From positions 55,481 through 119,480 of the forward strand of contig CAZRYF010000001.1 in NCBI GenBank assembly GCA_964604165.1: a stretch of DNA of 64,000 bases, written 5' to 3'. The position numbers and the translations under genes are program-made. Each line of letters starts with the position of its first letter. Positions within the stretch are counted from its first letter, which is position 1. Shown piece after piece: positions 16,231 to 25,823 of the stretch. Under the pieces are notes generated by a model, which was not told the DNA's origin, did no database searches, and saw only the letters and a list, made by a program, of their open reading frames with translations. Source of the stretch: an uncultured Enterobacterales bacterium. Lineage in GTDB: Bacteria; Myxococcota_A; UBA796; CAJQPC01.

Positions 16231-17084
16231 TCTGAGGTCTTGGTGACGGCCAGCCAGAGTGTGCTTCTGTCCAGGCCCGCGGCGGTGCTTATCACGGTGC
16301 CGCCCTCTTCGAGGGTGGCCCCTTCTTCGAAGAAGACCCCGTGTTGGAACCCGTAGGTGTAGTCGGCGACGAGCAAGGCCACGTCCGCGGTGGTCTCCAG
16401 GGCTTCCGGCAAGGGGGCTCGCACGGAGAAGCCGTCGGGGATCTCCATGTCCCACACCGCCATCCCCCAGGCTGCGAGAATCGTCCACGCCCCCAGGCCG
16501 CCGGTGGGCCATTCGGCTTGGTCCACCTGGAATCCCCCCAGCCAGGGTGCCTCCGCGGGGGCGGGGAGGTGGGACAGGGCGCTGGCATCCACGGTGACCT
16601 CCAAGCCCCCATCCAGGATCAGGGTTTCAGGGGCCTGGGGCAGCAAGGTGGAACCGATCACCTCTCGAAGCACGAGGGGGCGCTCCAGCACGAGGGCCAC
16701 AGGCTCCACGAGGGTGATGATGTCGAACACCCGGGAATAGGCGTGGGCTCCGGCCGTGGAGTCCGGCCCGGGCGAGGTGGCATTCTCCAGGACGTGGTTG
16801 GCCACCTCGGCAATGGGAAAGAAGAACCGCCCATCGGATTCCGTGGTGGCGGTTCGGCAGGAGATGGCACACAGGGTCATACGAATGCCTTCGAGCGGCT
16901 CCCCGAGGGCATCCACCAGCTCTCCTTCCACCGAACCGGTGGGCCCCTGGGGACCGCCGGTGTCCATTTGCCCGGTCTCCTGGTGGTCCGTGTCCTTGGG
17001 CTCTACGGGGCGCGGGCATCCAATGGAAAAAAAACACCCAAGCCAAACCAGCAGGAGTCTGATCCATGGGAATGAGGTGTTCAT
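16227..17084 (-). CDS. Lipoprotein with a carboxypeptidase-regulatory-like (CarboxypepD_reg) beta-sandwich
   Basis: Signal peptide with lipobox FSIGC. Segment GSVEGELVDALGEPLEGIRMTL...TTESDGRFFFP. Confidence 0.6.
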   Translation of the reverse strand: MNTSFPWIRLLLVWLGCFFSIGCPRPVEPKDTDHQETGQMDTGGPQGPTGSVEGELVDALGEPLEGIRMTLCAISCRTATTESDGRFFFPIAEVANHVLENATSPGPDSTAGAHAYSRVFDIITLVEPVALVLERPLVLREVIGSTLLPQAPETLILDGGLEVTVDASALSHLPAPAEAPWLGGFQVDQAEWPTGGLGAWTILAAWGMAVWDMEIPDGFSVRAPLPEALETTADVALLVADYTYGFQHGVFFEEGATLEEGGTVISTAAGLDRSTLWLAVTKTSE

Positions 17085-17194
17085 GACCCTCCGATAACCT
17101 CCGGGGCGGGCGCCGCCCCTCGTGGTGTTCCCTGCACCAAGGGCCCGATCATGAGACGATTCTTTAGAAGAAGGAAGAAGGAGAGGGAGTCACG

Positions 17195-18553
17195 ATGCGC
17201 AGTCCATTGGACTGGTTTCGAACTGGGGCGGTCAAAGCCCCTCCGGGCCCGGAGGCCGGGGATCTGCGTCCTGCTTATCGCCGCACCCAGTGGCGCGTCT
17301 TTCTCGGCCTTCTTTTCGGCTACGCCTTCTTCTACACCTGTCGCTTGAGCTTGTCGGTGGCCAAGAAGCCCATGCTCGACGCAGAGGTGGTGACCGTGCC
17401 CCAGCTGGGCGCAATTGGATCTGCGCTCTTTGTGACCTACGCCTTTGGGAAGCTCGTGAACGGCTTTCTCGCCGACCACGCCAATGTCCGCAAGATGATG
17501 TCCCTGGGGTTGATGGTGTCCGCCGGGGTGAATCTGTTGTTCGGGTCCATGGAAGGCGCCACCTTCTTTGTTCTCCTCTGGGGGCTGAACGGGTGGTTTC
17601 AGTCCATGGGGTCCGCCCCCTCGGCCGTGTCCATCTTTCAGTGGTTTGAGCCCAGCAGGAGGGGCCGCTTCTACGGCGCGTGGGCGGGGTCCCACAACAT
17701 CGGGGAGGGGATTTCGTTTGTGGTTACCACCAGCGTGGTGGCCTGGTTTGGGTGGAGGGCGGCCTTCTGGGGACCGGGAGTCATGTGCGCAGGCGTCGCC
17801 GTGATCCTCTTCTTCACCCTGTCCGATCGCCCACAAGCTCTGGGCCTTCCCACGCCTTCCGTTTTGTTCCAAGAGCCGGACAGCGTCTCGGCGCGCAAGC
17901 CGAGCTTCTCCACTCAGTTGGGTGTATTGAGGCTTCCAGTCGTGTGGCAGCTGGGGATCGCGTGCGCCCTGATGTATGTCTCCCGCTATGCGCTCAACTC
18001 CTGGGGGGTGCTCTACCTGGAGACGGTGAAGGGCTACTCCACCCAGCGCGCGGGTGTGATCATGGGGGTCTACCCGGTCCTCGGGCTTGCGGGGGCGGTA
18101 CTCTCCGGACTTGTCTCGGACAAGCTCTTTCAATCCAATCGCCACATCCCCACCTTCCTCTACGGCCTCTGCAACATCGGGGGGATGTGCCTCCTGTTCT
18201 TTGGTCCAGGGGGCGGGTACGACATGGTCGCCCTGGGATTCTTCGGCTTTGGAATTGGCGGCTTGATCGTGTTTCTCGCAGGGCTCACTGCTGCTGAATA
18301 CTGTCCTCGGGATGCGGTCGGGGCGGTCAAGGGAGTGATCGGCTTGTTCTCCTACCTGGCGGCCGCGGTGCAGGAGGGGGTCAGCGGCCAGCTGATTCAG
18401 CTCACCGGCACCGGAGAGGCCGCGGTCTATGACTTCTCCCGGGCCATCGTCTTCTGGATTGCCGCCGGGGTGCTCTCCGCAGCGGTGGCCGGAAGCGTTC
18501 ACTTCACCGCCAGGAGTCCGTCGCCCCCCACGCGATCCGCGACAGACGACTAG
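17195..18553 (+). CDS. MFS transporter, organophosphate:Pi antiporter family (GlpT/UhpC-like)
   Basis: 12-TM protein. N-terminal YRRTQWRVFLGLLFGYAFFYTCR and LNGWFQSMG resemble GlpT/UhpC signatures. GGAGAGGGAG SD. Confidence 0.75.
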   Translation: MRSPLDWFRTGAVKAPPGPEAGDLRPAYRRTQWRVFLGLLFGYAFFYTCRLSLSVAKKPMLDAEVVTVPQLGAIGSALFVTYAFGKLVNGFLADHANVRKMMSLGLMVSAGVNLLFGSMEGATFFVLLWGLNGWFQSMGSAPSAVSIFQWFEPSRRGRFYGAWAGSHNIGEGISFVVTTSVVAWFGWRAAFWGPGVMCAGVAVILFFTLSDRPQALGLPTPSVLFQEPDSVSARKPSFSTQLGVLRLPVVWQLGIACALMYVSRYALNSWGVLYLETVKGYSTQRAGVIMGVYPVLGLAGAVLSGLVSDKLFQSNRHIPTFLYGLCNIGGMCLLFFGPGGGYDMVALGFFGFGIGGLIVFLAGLTAAEYCPRDAVGAVKGVIGLFSYLAAAVQEGVSGQLIQLTGTGEAAVYDFSRAIVFWIAAGVLSAAVAGSVHFTARSPSPPTRSATDD

Positions 18554-18560
18554 GTGCACC

Positions 18561-19655
18561 TCAATACCGAAAGGGCCAGGTCAAGAAGTAGCGCTTGATG
18601 CGCAGGTAGATGCCCAGCAGCCCCAGGGGCTCGAAGATCAGGAAGCCGCATACCAGGAGGCTGAAGACCAGGGTGCTTCGCTGGGCGGAGGTCAACTCCG
18701 AGAGGAGAGGCAGGCCGGCGGTCACAGTCTCCACGAGAGGGGACACCATCACCAGGGTGATGGCTCCTGCCACCGCACCAAAGATGGTGCCGATGCCGCC
18801 GATGACGATCATGGCGATGTACTGCACGCTCATGTGCAGGTCAAAGGGAGGCTCCACGGTGATGTATTGCTGTTCAAAGGCGTACATGGCCCCGGCAACC
18901 CCGGCGAGAAAGGAGGAGATCCCAAATGCGAGGATTTTCGTGCGGGCCGGGTCAACTCCCAGGGCCTCGGCGGCGAGATCGCTGTCGCGAACCGCCATCA
19001 TGGCCCGTCCGCTGTGGGAACGCCGAATGTTGACCCCCATGAGGCAAACGCCGATGGCGAGGACCAGGTACAGATAGTAGAGCTTGGTGGAGAAGCGGAT
19101 CTCCACCCCGGCCACGGACCCCGTGTGGGTCATGGCCCCCAGAGAGGACGTGCCCTCCGGGGCAGAAAACCAGGTGTGCATGGGGACCGAGAGCCCGGAC
19201 ACCCCGCCGGTGACATCGGGAAAGCTCAAGAGAAGGTGCGCCACGATGAAGATGAGACCCAGGGTCACCAGGGCCAGGTACAGCCCCCGAAGCCGAAGGG
19301 CAAAGGGCCCCACGCACAACCCCACGGCGGCAGCGGCCAGGCCAGCGAGGGGCATTGCCAGCCAGAAGGGCATGTGCAGTGCATGGCCCACAATCGCGGC
19401 CGTATAGGCACCCACCGCGAGGAAGGCTGCGTGGCCCAGGCTTACCTGCCCGGCAAAGCCCGTGAGAATCATCAACGCCACCGACCCCACCACGGCGGTC
19501 AGGGTCTGGACGCCGATGGTGAGCCAGCGGGCGCTGACCACCCACGGCCACGCCAGGAGAATCACCCCGCCCAGGACCCACGCGATCTTGTGCCACAGGT
19601 CGGCAAAGAGCCGGCTGTCCTCTCGGTAGGTGGTGACGAGGGCCCGGGTTGGCAT
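18561..19655 (-). CDS. Branched-chain amino acid-type ABC transporter permease (LivM-like)
   Basis: 364-aa polytopic protein. LivM-type motifs (GQVSLGHAAFLAVGAY). 1-nt stop/start overlap with the upstream permease. Confidence 0.8.
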   Translation of the reverse strand: MPTRALVTTYREDSRLFADLWHKIAWVLGGVILLAWPWVVSARWLTIGVQTLTAVVGSVALMILTGFAGQVSLGHAAFLAVGAYTAAIVGHALHMPFWLAMPLAGLAAAAVGLCVGPFALRLRGLYLALVTLGLIFIVAHLLLSFPDVTGGVSGLSVPMHTWFSAPEGTSSLGAMTHTGSVAGVEIRFSTKLYYLYLVLAIGVCLMGVNIRRSHSGRAMMAVRDSDLAAEALGVDPARTKILAFGISSFLAGVAGAMYAFEQQYITVEPPFDLHMSVQYIAMIVIGGIGTIFGAVAGAITLVMVSPLVETVTAGLPLLSELTSAQRSTLVFSLLVCGFLIFEPLGLLGIYLRIKRYFLTWPFRY

Positions 19656-20551
19656 CAGACGCGCTCCACTTCCCGGGTGCCGAACAGCCCGTAGGGCCGC
19701 ACCACGAGAAAACCAATCATGACGAGGTAGGGGAAGACCGCGTGGAAGTTGTGCCCCAAGGCGCCCAGGTGCTCATTGACGTAGCCCTGGCACAAGACCT
19801 CCAGGAGCCCGAGCCCCAGCCCCGCGACCACTGCCCCTCCGATGGAGTCCAGCCCCCCCACGATGACCGCTGGAAAGGCGCGGAGGGCCACGAAACCCAG
19901 GTTGGCATCCAGGTTCCTTGGAAACATGCTCAAGAAGATGCCCGCCAGGGCGGCGACCGCACCCGCCACAAACCAGGTGGTGGCAAAGATTCGGCCGACG
20001 GGGATTCCCAGGGCCAGGGCAGTCTCCTGGTTGGAGCTGGTGGCCCGCATGGCGACCCCAAGTCGGGTCCTCAGGATCATCCACCAGAAGCTGCCCAGGG
20101 TGATGGCTCCTGCACCGAGCGCCACGAGGGAGCTCACGAGCACCCGGGCGGGGCCCACCTCCACGGCTGCGGTGGGGTCCCAGGGGGTGGGCATGCCCAC
20201 GGGGTCTGCGCCGCAGACGAGCAGCACGATGGAGCGGAGGATCATCCCGATAAAGATGGTCACAATGATCGTCACGAAGACCGGTCGCCCGATGAGCGGC
20301 CGCAGGACCAGGCGCTCGATGCCGGCCCCCAACAGCCCGGTGCCGGTCATGGCGCCGAGCAGCGCTGCGGGCCAGGGCCAGCCTGCTGTGCACAGCCCCA
20401 CCATCAAGAAGCTCCCCGCGGTCAGAAGCTCCCCCAGGGCAAAGTTGAACACCTGACTGGCCCGGTAGACCACCACAAAACCAAGGGCGACCAGGGCATA
20501 GGTGGTGCCGAGGGCGAGGCCACTGAAGGCCAGCTGAAGAAAGGTGCTCAC
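19655..20551 (-). CDS. Branched-chain amino acid-type ABC transporter permease (LivH-like)
   Basis: GTG at 20551 (GTGA overlap with the upstream stop, GAGGAG SD) gives MSTFLQLAFSGLALGTTYALVALGF, a typical LivH N-terminus. Confidence 0.8.
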   Translation of the reverse strand: MSTFLQLAFSGLALGTTYALVALGFVVVYRASQVFNFALGELLTAGSFLMVGLCTAGWPWPAALLGAMTGTGLLGAGIERLVLRPLIGRPVFVTIIVTIFIGMILRSIVLLVCGADPVGMPTPWDPTAAVEVGPARVLVSSLVALGAGAITLGSFWWMILRTRLGVAMRATSSNQETALALGIPVGRIFATTWFVAGAVAALAGIFLSMFPRNLDANLGFVALRAFPAVIVGGLDSIGGAVVAGLGLGLLEVLCQGYVNEHLGALGHNFHAVFPYLVMIGFLVVRPYGLFGTREVERV

Positions 20552-22326
20552 CGGTACATCTCCTCGATGAGCCCGCACCAGATCTCGGAGACCTGGCCCC
20601 GGCGCACCTTCTGGGTGGCCGTGAGTTCTCCATCGTCCTGGTGCAGCTCCTTGGGGAGCAGCCGGAAGGACCGCACCTGCTCTACCCGAGCCAGCTGCTC
20701 GTTGAGGCGGAGTACCTCCTCCTGGATCAGCCTGTGGACCTCGTCCTTGGAAGTGAGGTCTTCAAAGTCGGTGTGGGGGAGCTGTCGTCGTCCGGCCCAG
20801 TCCGAGACGGCCTCCCAGTCGATCTGGACCAGGGCGGAGACGAACTTCCGTCGGTCTCCTACAGCCACGGCCTCTTTGATGTAGGGACTCACCTTCATGG
20901 CGTTCTCAATCCGCTCGGGGGAGAGGTTCTTGCCTCCGGCTGTGATGATGATCTCCTTTTTGCGCCCCGTGATGTGGAGGTAGCCCCCTTCATCGATGCG
21001 CCCCACATCGCCCGTGTGCAGCCAGCCTTGGGCGTCCACGGTGGCCCGGGTGGCGGTCTCGTTGTGCAGGTATCCAACAAACACAAAGGAACCACAGAGG
21101 AGCACCTCGCCATCCTCAGCAATGCGGCACTCCATGCCCGGGATGACTCGCCCGACGCTCCCAAAGCAGACAGCGTCCGGGGGGTTGACATGGCTCACGC
21201 CGGCACACTCCGTCTGGCCGAAGGCCTCCAGCACGGGCACGCCGATGTCGTGGTACCAGCGGAGCATCTCCTCCGAGATCGGGGCGGCGCCGGAGAAGGG
21301 GAGCCGGCAGCGACGCAGGCCGAGGCGCTCCTGGAGCGGGCGCAGCACCAGGAGGTCTCTCGCTCGTGTGGCGAGCCAGCGAAACCAGGCGGGCCCCCGG
21401 GTGGCCGGGCGGGTGGCCCAGGCAAAAAGCGTACGCTTTGCCCAGGAGGAGTCCGCCATCTTCAGGTGAATGCTGGCGTACATCTTCTCCCAGATGCGGG
21501 GCACCCCCAGGAAGACTGTGGGGGAGACCTCCATGAGATCCGCCTGAACCGTCTCGATGGCCTCCCCAAAATGCACCACCGCGCCGGAAGCGAGGGGCAG
21601 AAAGAGGGTGAAGATCTTCTCTGCGACGTGGCAGAGGGGGAGGTAGGACAAGAGGCTGTCCTCCGGACCGATGACGAGCATTCCGGCGAGCGCGTCGGAG
21701 GCGGGACACACGTTGGCGTTGGAGAGCTGTGCGCCCTTGGGTTGGCCGGTGGTGCCCGACGTGTAGACCACCATGGCGCACGCCTCGGGGTCCAGCTGGG
21801 CGAGCTTCTGCGTGGCCCATTCCGCGGAGGGAGGGCCCGCCCGCCTCAGAAAGTCTGCGTGGCTCTCCAGGCGGGGGTCCTGGTAGTGCCGCAGGCCTCG
21901 GGGATCGAAGACCACCACCCGGGATACGCTCGGCGTCTCCTTTTCACACTCCATGACCTTGTCTACTTGCTCCTGGTCTTCGCAGAACACGATGCGCGAC
22001 TGGCTGTGGGACAGGGCATAGGCCACATCGCTGGTGGGGTTGGTCTGGTAGATGCCCACCGAGCGCGCCCCAATGAGCTGGGCGCCCAGGTCTGCGTACA
22101 ACCACTCTGTGCGGTTCCCGCTCAAGATGGAGATGTGGTCTCCTGGTCGGACTCCGGCGGCCTCCAGGGCTCGTCCGACGTGGCAGACAGCCTCCCAGTA
22201 CGCCTGCCAGGAGGTCTCTTTCCAAACGCCCAGGACCTTCTCCCGAAGGGCCACCCGATCCCCGTGTGCGCGGGCCAGGAAGGCGAGGCGTCCGACGAGG
22301 GTAGGCTGCTCCTTTAGGGTCCCCAT
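20548..22326 (-). CDS. AMP-dependent acyl-CoA synthetase (long-chain fatty acid-CoA ligase-like) embedded in the ABC operon
   Basis: 592 aa. AMP-binding motif YTSGTTGQPKGA. Other adenylate-forming motifs GWLHTGD and GRKKEIIITAGGKN. Confidence 0.85.
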   Translation of the reverse strand: MGTLKEQPTLVGRLAFLARAHGDRVALREKVLGVWKETSWQAYWEAVCHVGRALEAAGVRPGDHISILSGNRTEWLYADLGAQLIGARSVGIYQTNPTSDVAYALSHSQSRIVFCEDQEQVDKVMECEKETPSVSRVVVFDPRGLRHYQDPRLESHADFLRRAGPPSAEWATQKLAQLDPEACAMVVYTSGTTGQPKGAQLSNANVCPASDALAGMLVIGPEDSLLSYLPLCHVAEKIFTLFLPLASGAVVHFGEAIETVQADLMEVSPTVFLGVPRIWEKMYASIHLKMADSSWAKRTLFAWATRPATRGPAWFRWLATRARDLLVLRPLQERLGLRRCRLPFSGAAPISEEMLRWYHDIGVPVLEAFGQTECAGVSHVNPPDAVCFGSVGRVIPGMECRIAEDGEVLLCGSFVFVGYLHNETATRATVDAQGWLHTGDVGRIDEGGYLHITGRKKEIIITAGGKNLSPERIENAMKVSPYIKEAVAVGDRRKFVSALVQIDWEAVSDWAGRRQLPHTDFEDLTSKDEVHRLIQEEVLRLNEQLARVEQVRSFRLLPKELHQDDGELTATQKVRRGQVSEIWCGLIEEMYR

Positions 22327-23111
22327 CAGGCCATCTCCCCGGTGTCTGTGGCAGCCGCACCCAGGTAGGCTGCTCGCACAGCGGGGTCCTTCTGAATCGT
22401 TTGTGGGCAGCCCAGGGCGATGCGCTTTCCAAAGTCCAACACGGCCACCCGGTCCGCCAGGTCCAGCACCATGCGCAGATCGTGCTCGATCAGCACCTGC
22501 GCGATCCCGCGCTCTTCCTTGATATCCAGAATGTACCGGGCCATGTCCTCGGTCTCCTCCCGGTTCAGGCCCGCGGCCGGCTCATCCAGGAGGAGGAGGG
22601 TGGGCTGCATGCACAGGGCCCGACCAAGCTCCACGCGCTTGAGCACGCCGTAGGGAAGCGTGCCGGCGGGCTTCTTTCGAACGGCTTCCAAGTGCAGGAA
22701 GTCGATGACGTCCTCCGCCAAATCCCGGGCTGAAATTTCCTCCTTCTGGGCCGATCGACTCCAGGTCATGTCCGCCCACCAAGGGCTCTGAAACCGGTGG
22801 TGGCAGCCCACCAGGAGATTCTCCAGTACGGTGAGGTGCTCGTAGAGGGCCAGGTTCTGGAACATCCGGGCAATGCCCAGGCGGGCCCTGTGATGGGCGG
22901 GTACGCCCGTCAGGTGCTTCCCCGCGAAGACCATGGTTCCAGAGGGGAGGTAGAGACCTGATATGCAGTTGAACAGGGAGGTCTTTCCAGCCCCGTTCGG
23001 ACCGATCACCGCCAGCAGCTCTCCGTCTTCCACGTCCAGAGAGACGCCCTTGAGGGCGCGAACCCCGGAGAAGGAGAGCTCCAGATCCTGCAGGGACAAC
23101 AGGGTGCCCAT
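22326..23111 (-). CDS. ABC transporter ATP-binding protein (LivG-like)
   Basis: Walker A GPNGAGKTS. LivG-type insertion. Walker B LLLLDEPAAGL. An ATG at 23111 overlaps the LivF stop. Confidence 0.85.
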   Translation of the reverse strand: MGTLLSLQDLELSFSGVRALKGVSLDVEDGELLAVIGPNGAGKTSLFNCISGLYLPSGTMVFAGKHLTGVPAHHRARLGIARMFQNLALYEHLTVLENLLVGCHHRFQSPWWADMTWSRSAQKEEISARDLAEDVIDFLHLEAVRKKPAGTLPYGVLKRVELGRALCMQPTLLLLDEPAAGLNREETEDMARYILDIKEERGIAQVLIEHDLRMVLDLADRVAVLDFGKRIALGCPQTIQKDPAVRAAYLGAAATDTGEMA

Positions 23112-23893
23112 CAGCTCAACCACCGCTTGCGCCGGCGGTAGTGCTTGACGTCTCGATAGCTGCCTTCTGCCTGCCCGCTGCCCAGATAGAACGCCTGGAT
23201 GTCCGCGTCTTGGCGGAGGCTCTCGGAGGAACCCTCCAGCACGACTTTTCCCGTCTCAAGAAGGGTGGCCTGGTCTGCCAACTCCAAGGCCATGGCGGCG
23301 TTTTGCTCCACCAACAACACGCTCACACCTTCGGCATTGATTTCCCGAATCAGGTGGCCCACATCTGCCACGATCCTGGGGGCAAGGCCCAAGGAGGGCT
23401 CATCCATGAGCAGAAGTCTGGGCCGACTCATCAGTGCTCGGGCGATGGCCAGCATCTGCTGCTCCCCGCCGGAGAGAAACCCGGCGGCTTGTCTGCGCCG
23501 CTCGGCAAGAATCGGGAAGCGCGTGAAGTGCCGATCCAACTCCCGGGGGATCTCCCCTTTGGGTGTGGACCATGCACCTGCGCGGAGATTCTCTTCCACG
23601 GTCAGCTCCGGCAGAATTCGTCGGCCCTCCATGACCTGGGAAATGCCTGCCCGAACGATCTCCTCCGGGCCAAGGGAGGTCAGGTCCTGGCCGTCCAGGG
23701 TGATGGAGCCCTTGGTGATCTTGCCGTCGTGAATGTCCAAGAGCCCGGTGATGGCGCGCAGCGTGGTGGTCTTGCCTGCCCCATTCGGGCCCAGCAGTGC
23801 TGTCACGCCGCCCGTGGGAACGGCAAGGCTGACGCCTCGCAGCACCCGGACGACGTCGTGGTACACCGCTTCGAGGTTTTGAACCTCCAGCAT
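23111..23893 (-). CDS. ABC transporter ATP-binding protein (LivF-like)
   Basis: Walker A GPNGAGKTT, signature LSGGEQQM, Walker B LLLMDEPSLGL. Confidence 0.85.
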   Translation of the reverse strand: MLEVQNLEAVYHDVVRVLRGVSLAVPTGGVTALLGPNGAGKTTTLRAITGLLDIHDGKITKGSITLDGQDLTSLGPEEIVRAGISQVMEGRRILPELTVEENLRAGAWSTPKGEIPRELDRHFTRFPILAERRRQAAGFLSGGEQQMLAIARALMSRPRLLLMDEPSLGLAPRIVADVGHLIREINAEGVSVLLVEQNAAMALELADQATLLETGKVVLEGSSESLRQDADIQAFYLGSGQAEGSYRDVKHYRRRKRWLS

Positions 23894-23911
23894 GTGCTCC
23901 CCCTGGGCAGG

Positions 23912-25177
23912 TCAGCCCTCTTCGGGCTTCTCACTGGCCGCGGCGTACTCCCCGACCACGCTCCAGCTTTTGTTCGCGAAGTCGGGCTTGAGCACCCGTG
24001 TGGCGGTGCCGGTCTCGTAGGGAAACGCCTTCAGGCTCAAGGGTTGGATCATCCCGGCGGCGGTCCAGTTGTCGATGGTGGAAAGCTGGGAGAGGAAACC
24101 CGAGCGGGTGATGTCTCCCGCTTCGATGGCCCGCTTGGCGGCCTCCACCTGGACCAGGCCCTGGATGTAGGAGAGCAGGAGGTAGAAGTCCTCGCTGCCC
24201 AGCTCGGCGCCGTGGGCGGCGTAGGCCTTGGTAAAGGCCTCCATTCCGGGCACGTCCTCTCCCCAGAAGGGTAGGCCGTTCACCTGGTGGTACTTGGCGA
24301 AGACCGCGGAAGGAATGACCTCCGGGTTGAAGAATCCGTCGATCCAGGCGGGTGTGTTGCCAATCCAGGTGGGCTGGTAGCCCAGTTGCGCGGCGGTGCC
24401 GAGAATGGGGCCTGTGGCGCTGGGCAGGGTGGTCAGCAGCACCATGTCGGCGCCGGCATCCTTGAGGGAGGTGATCACCGCGGTGAAGTCCTTCTGGCCG
24501 GGGGCGACGGTCTGCTCCGACACCACTGTCACGCCGTGGTCGGACGCGGCTGCCATCCAGCCTGTGTGTCCGTCCTTGCCGTAGTCATCCTGTTGGTAAA
24601 TGATGCCGGCCTTGATGGGGTCTGCGCCTGCACCGGAGACAGCCCAGTCCATGGCACGCCGGGCCTCGAGGATGTAGCTGGGGCCAATGGGGGGGGTGTG
24701 CTTGTGCTTGCCCATCTCGCTGGACAGGGAAGCCGGAAAGGCCACCACGTTGTCCGCCTCGAGCATGGGACGAAGAGGCAAGGTGTTCGGGGTGCCGAAG
24801 CTCGTGCCCACGAAAAGCACGTTCTCGGAGATCTCCTTGAAGGCCTGGGTGGACTTCTGGGGGTTGTAGCCGTGGTCGCGTTCCACAAGCTCCACGGACC
24901 AGCCTTCCGGGAGCAGACCGGAGTTGCCCGCGTTGATCTGGGCGGCCAGGAGACGCTTTCCAGCGGCATAGGGCTTTCCGATGACAGCGGCGGGTCCGCT
25001 CTCATCGTTCAGCGCGCCAATGCGAATGGTCTTGGCTTTCAGGTCGACACCCTTGTCGGCCTTCAGCTCAGCAGCAGGGGCATCTGTGGCAGGCGTCTCA
25101 TCGGTGGCTGGTTCTCCGCCACAAGCGAGCAGGGTAGCGGTGAGAAGAAGGGTGCCGAGACGGCGTGGGTCGATCAT
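23912..25177 (-). CDS. ABC transporter substrate-binding lipoprotein (LivJ/K-type, periplasmic binding protein type I)
   Basis: Lipobox LLAC. 421 aa. First gene of the Liv-type operon. Confidence 0.75.
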   Translation of the reverse strand: MIDPRRLGTLLLTATLLACGGEPATDETPATDAPAAELKADKGVDLKAKTIRIGALNDESGPAAVIGKPYAAGKRLLAAQINAGNSGLLPEGWSVELVERDHGYNPQKSTQAFKEISENVLFVGTSFGTPNTLPLRPMLEADNVVAFPASLSSEMGKHKHTPPIGPSYILEARRAMDWAVSGAGADPIKAGIIYQQDDYGKDGHTGWMAAASDHGVTVVSEQTVAPGQKDFTAVITSLKDAGADMVLLTTLPSATGPILGTAAQLGYQPTWIGNTPAWIDGFFNPEVIPSAVFAKYHQVNGLPFWGEDVPGMEAFTKAYAAHGAELGSEDFYLLLSYIQGLVQVEAAKRAIEAGDITRSGFLSQLSTIDNWTAAGMIQPLSLKAFPYETGTATRVLKPDFANKSWSVVGEYAAASEKPEEG

Positions 25178-25298
25178 GGGGGCTCCAGAGACGGGAATAT
25201 TGATTCAGCCACGGCCCATAACAGAAAAACCAGGAAACGGCGAAGCGAACCGGGCGATGTCAGCCCTTTGAAGGGCACAATGGGTGTCTCTTTCCGGG

Positions 25299-25823
25299 CT
25301 AGAAGTCGTCCAGGTACTCATCCCAGACCAGCACTGGAGTGACGGACTCTCCGTTGACTTCCACGGTGAGCCGGTACTCAACCGTTTCAGCAGCGCAAGG
25401 CTCAGAGGCCACGTCCACCACCATGTGGAGGGTCCCTGCAGCGTTCGAGGTCCAGTCGACCTCAGGGCACTGGGCTTCTTCAGGCGGGGGAGTGAAGGAG
25501 CACTCCATGTTGTCTGTCATCCAGAGCTCGTAGTCCGCAAAGGGCAGGGACTGCTCCCAGGTGATGAGCAGGACGGGATCGAACGATGTGGCATCGGAGA
25601 CCGTGTCTACCTGGGCCAGCAGCTCATCCCCTTCTTCGAGCTCCACACTCCAGACATCGATGTACCAGTCCGTGCAGTCCAGGGTGCCGAGGGTGCCAGC
25701 AAGTTCTTGGGTCTCGCCGGTGTCCTCTGGAGTGTTGTCGGACGGGTCCTTTAGACACCCGGCCAGCAGGAGTGGAACCAGCAACACGGGTCCAAGGGGG
25801 GGGCTTTGGGTCTTCACAGTCAT
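25299..25823 (-). CDS. Small acidic lipoprotein, unknown function
   Basis: Lipobox LLAGC. ATGA overlap with the upstream FG-GAP gene. Confidence 0.6.
   Translation of the reverse strand: MTVKTQSPPLGPVLLVPLLLAGCLKDPSDNTPEDTGETQELAGTLGTLDCTDWYIDVWSVELEEGDELLAQVDTVSDATSFDPVLLITWEQSLPFADYELWMTDNMECSFTPPPEEAQCPEVDWTSNAAGTLHMVVDVASEPCAAETVEYRLTVEVNGESVTPVLVWDEYLDDF

Noticed and set aside
17081-18559. 492-aa minus-strand ORF opposite the MFS transporter.
   Set aside because: Shadow ORF. The plus-strand frame has clear GlpT/UhpC-like TM segments and signature motifs, whereas this frame is Arg/Gly/Pro/His-rich.
18429-22317. Long plus-strand ORFs (18429-19694, 19649-20884, 20641-22317) opposite the Liv permease and acyl-CoA synthetase genes.
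   Set aside because: All are antisense to genes with strong family motifs. They show low-complexity G/H/R/P/D composition and have no SD or start context.
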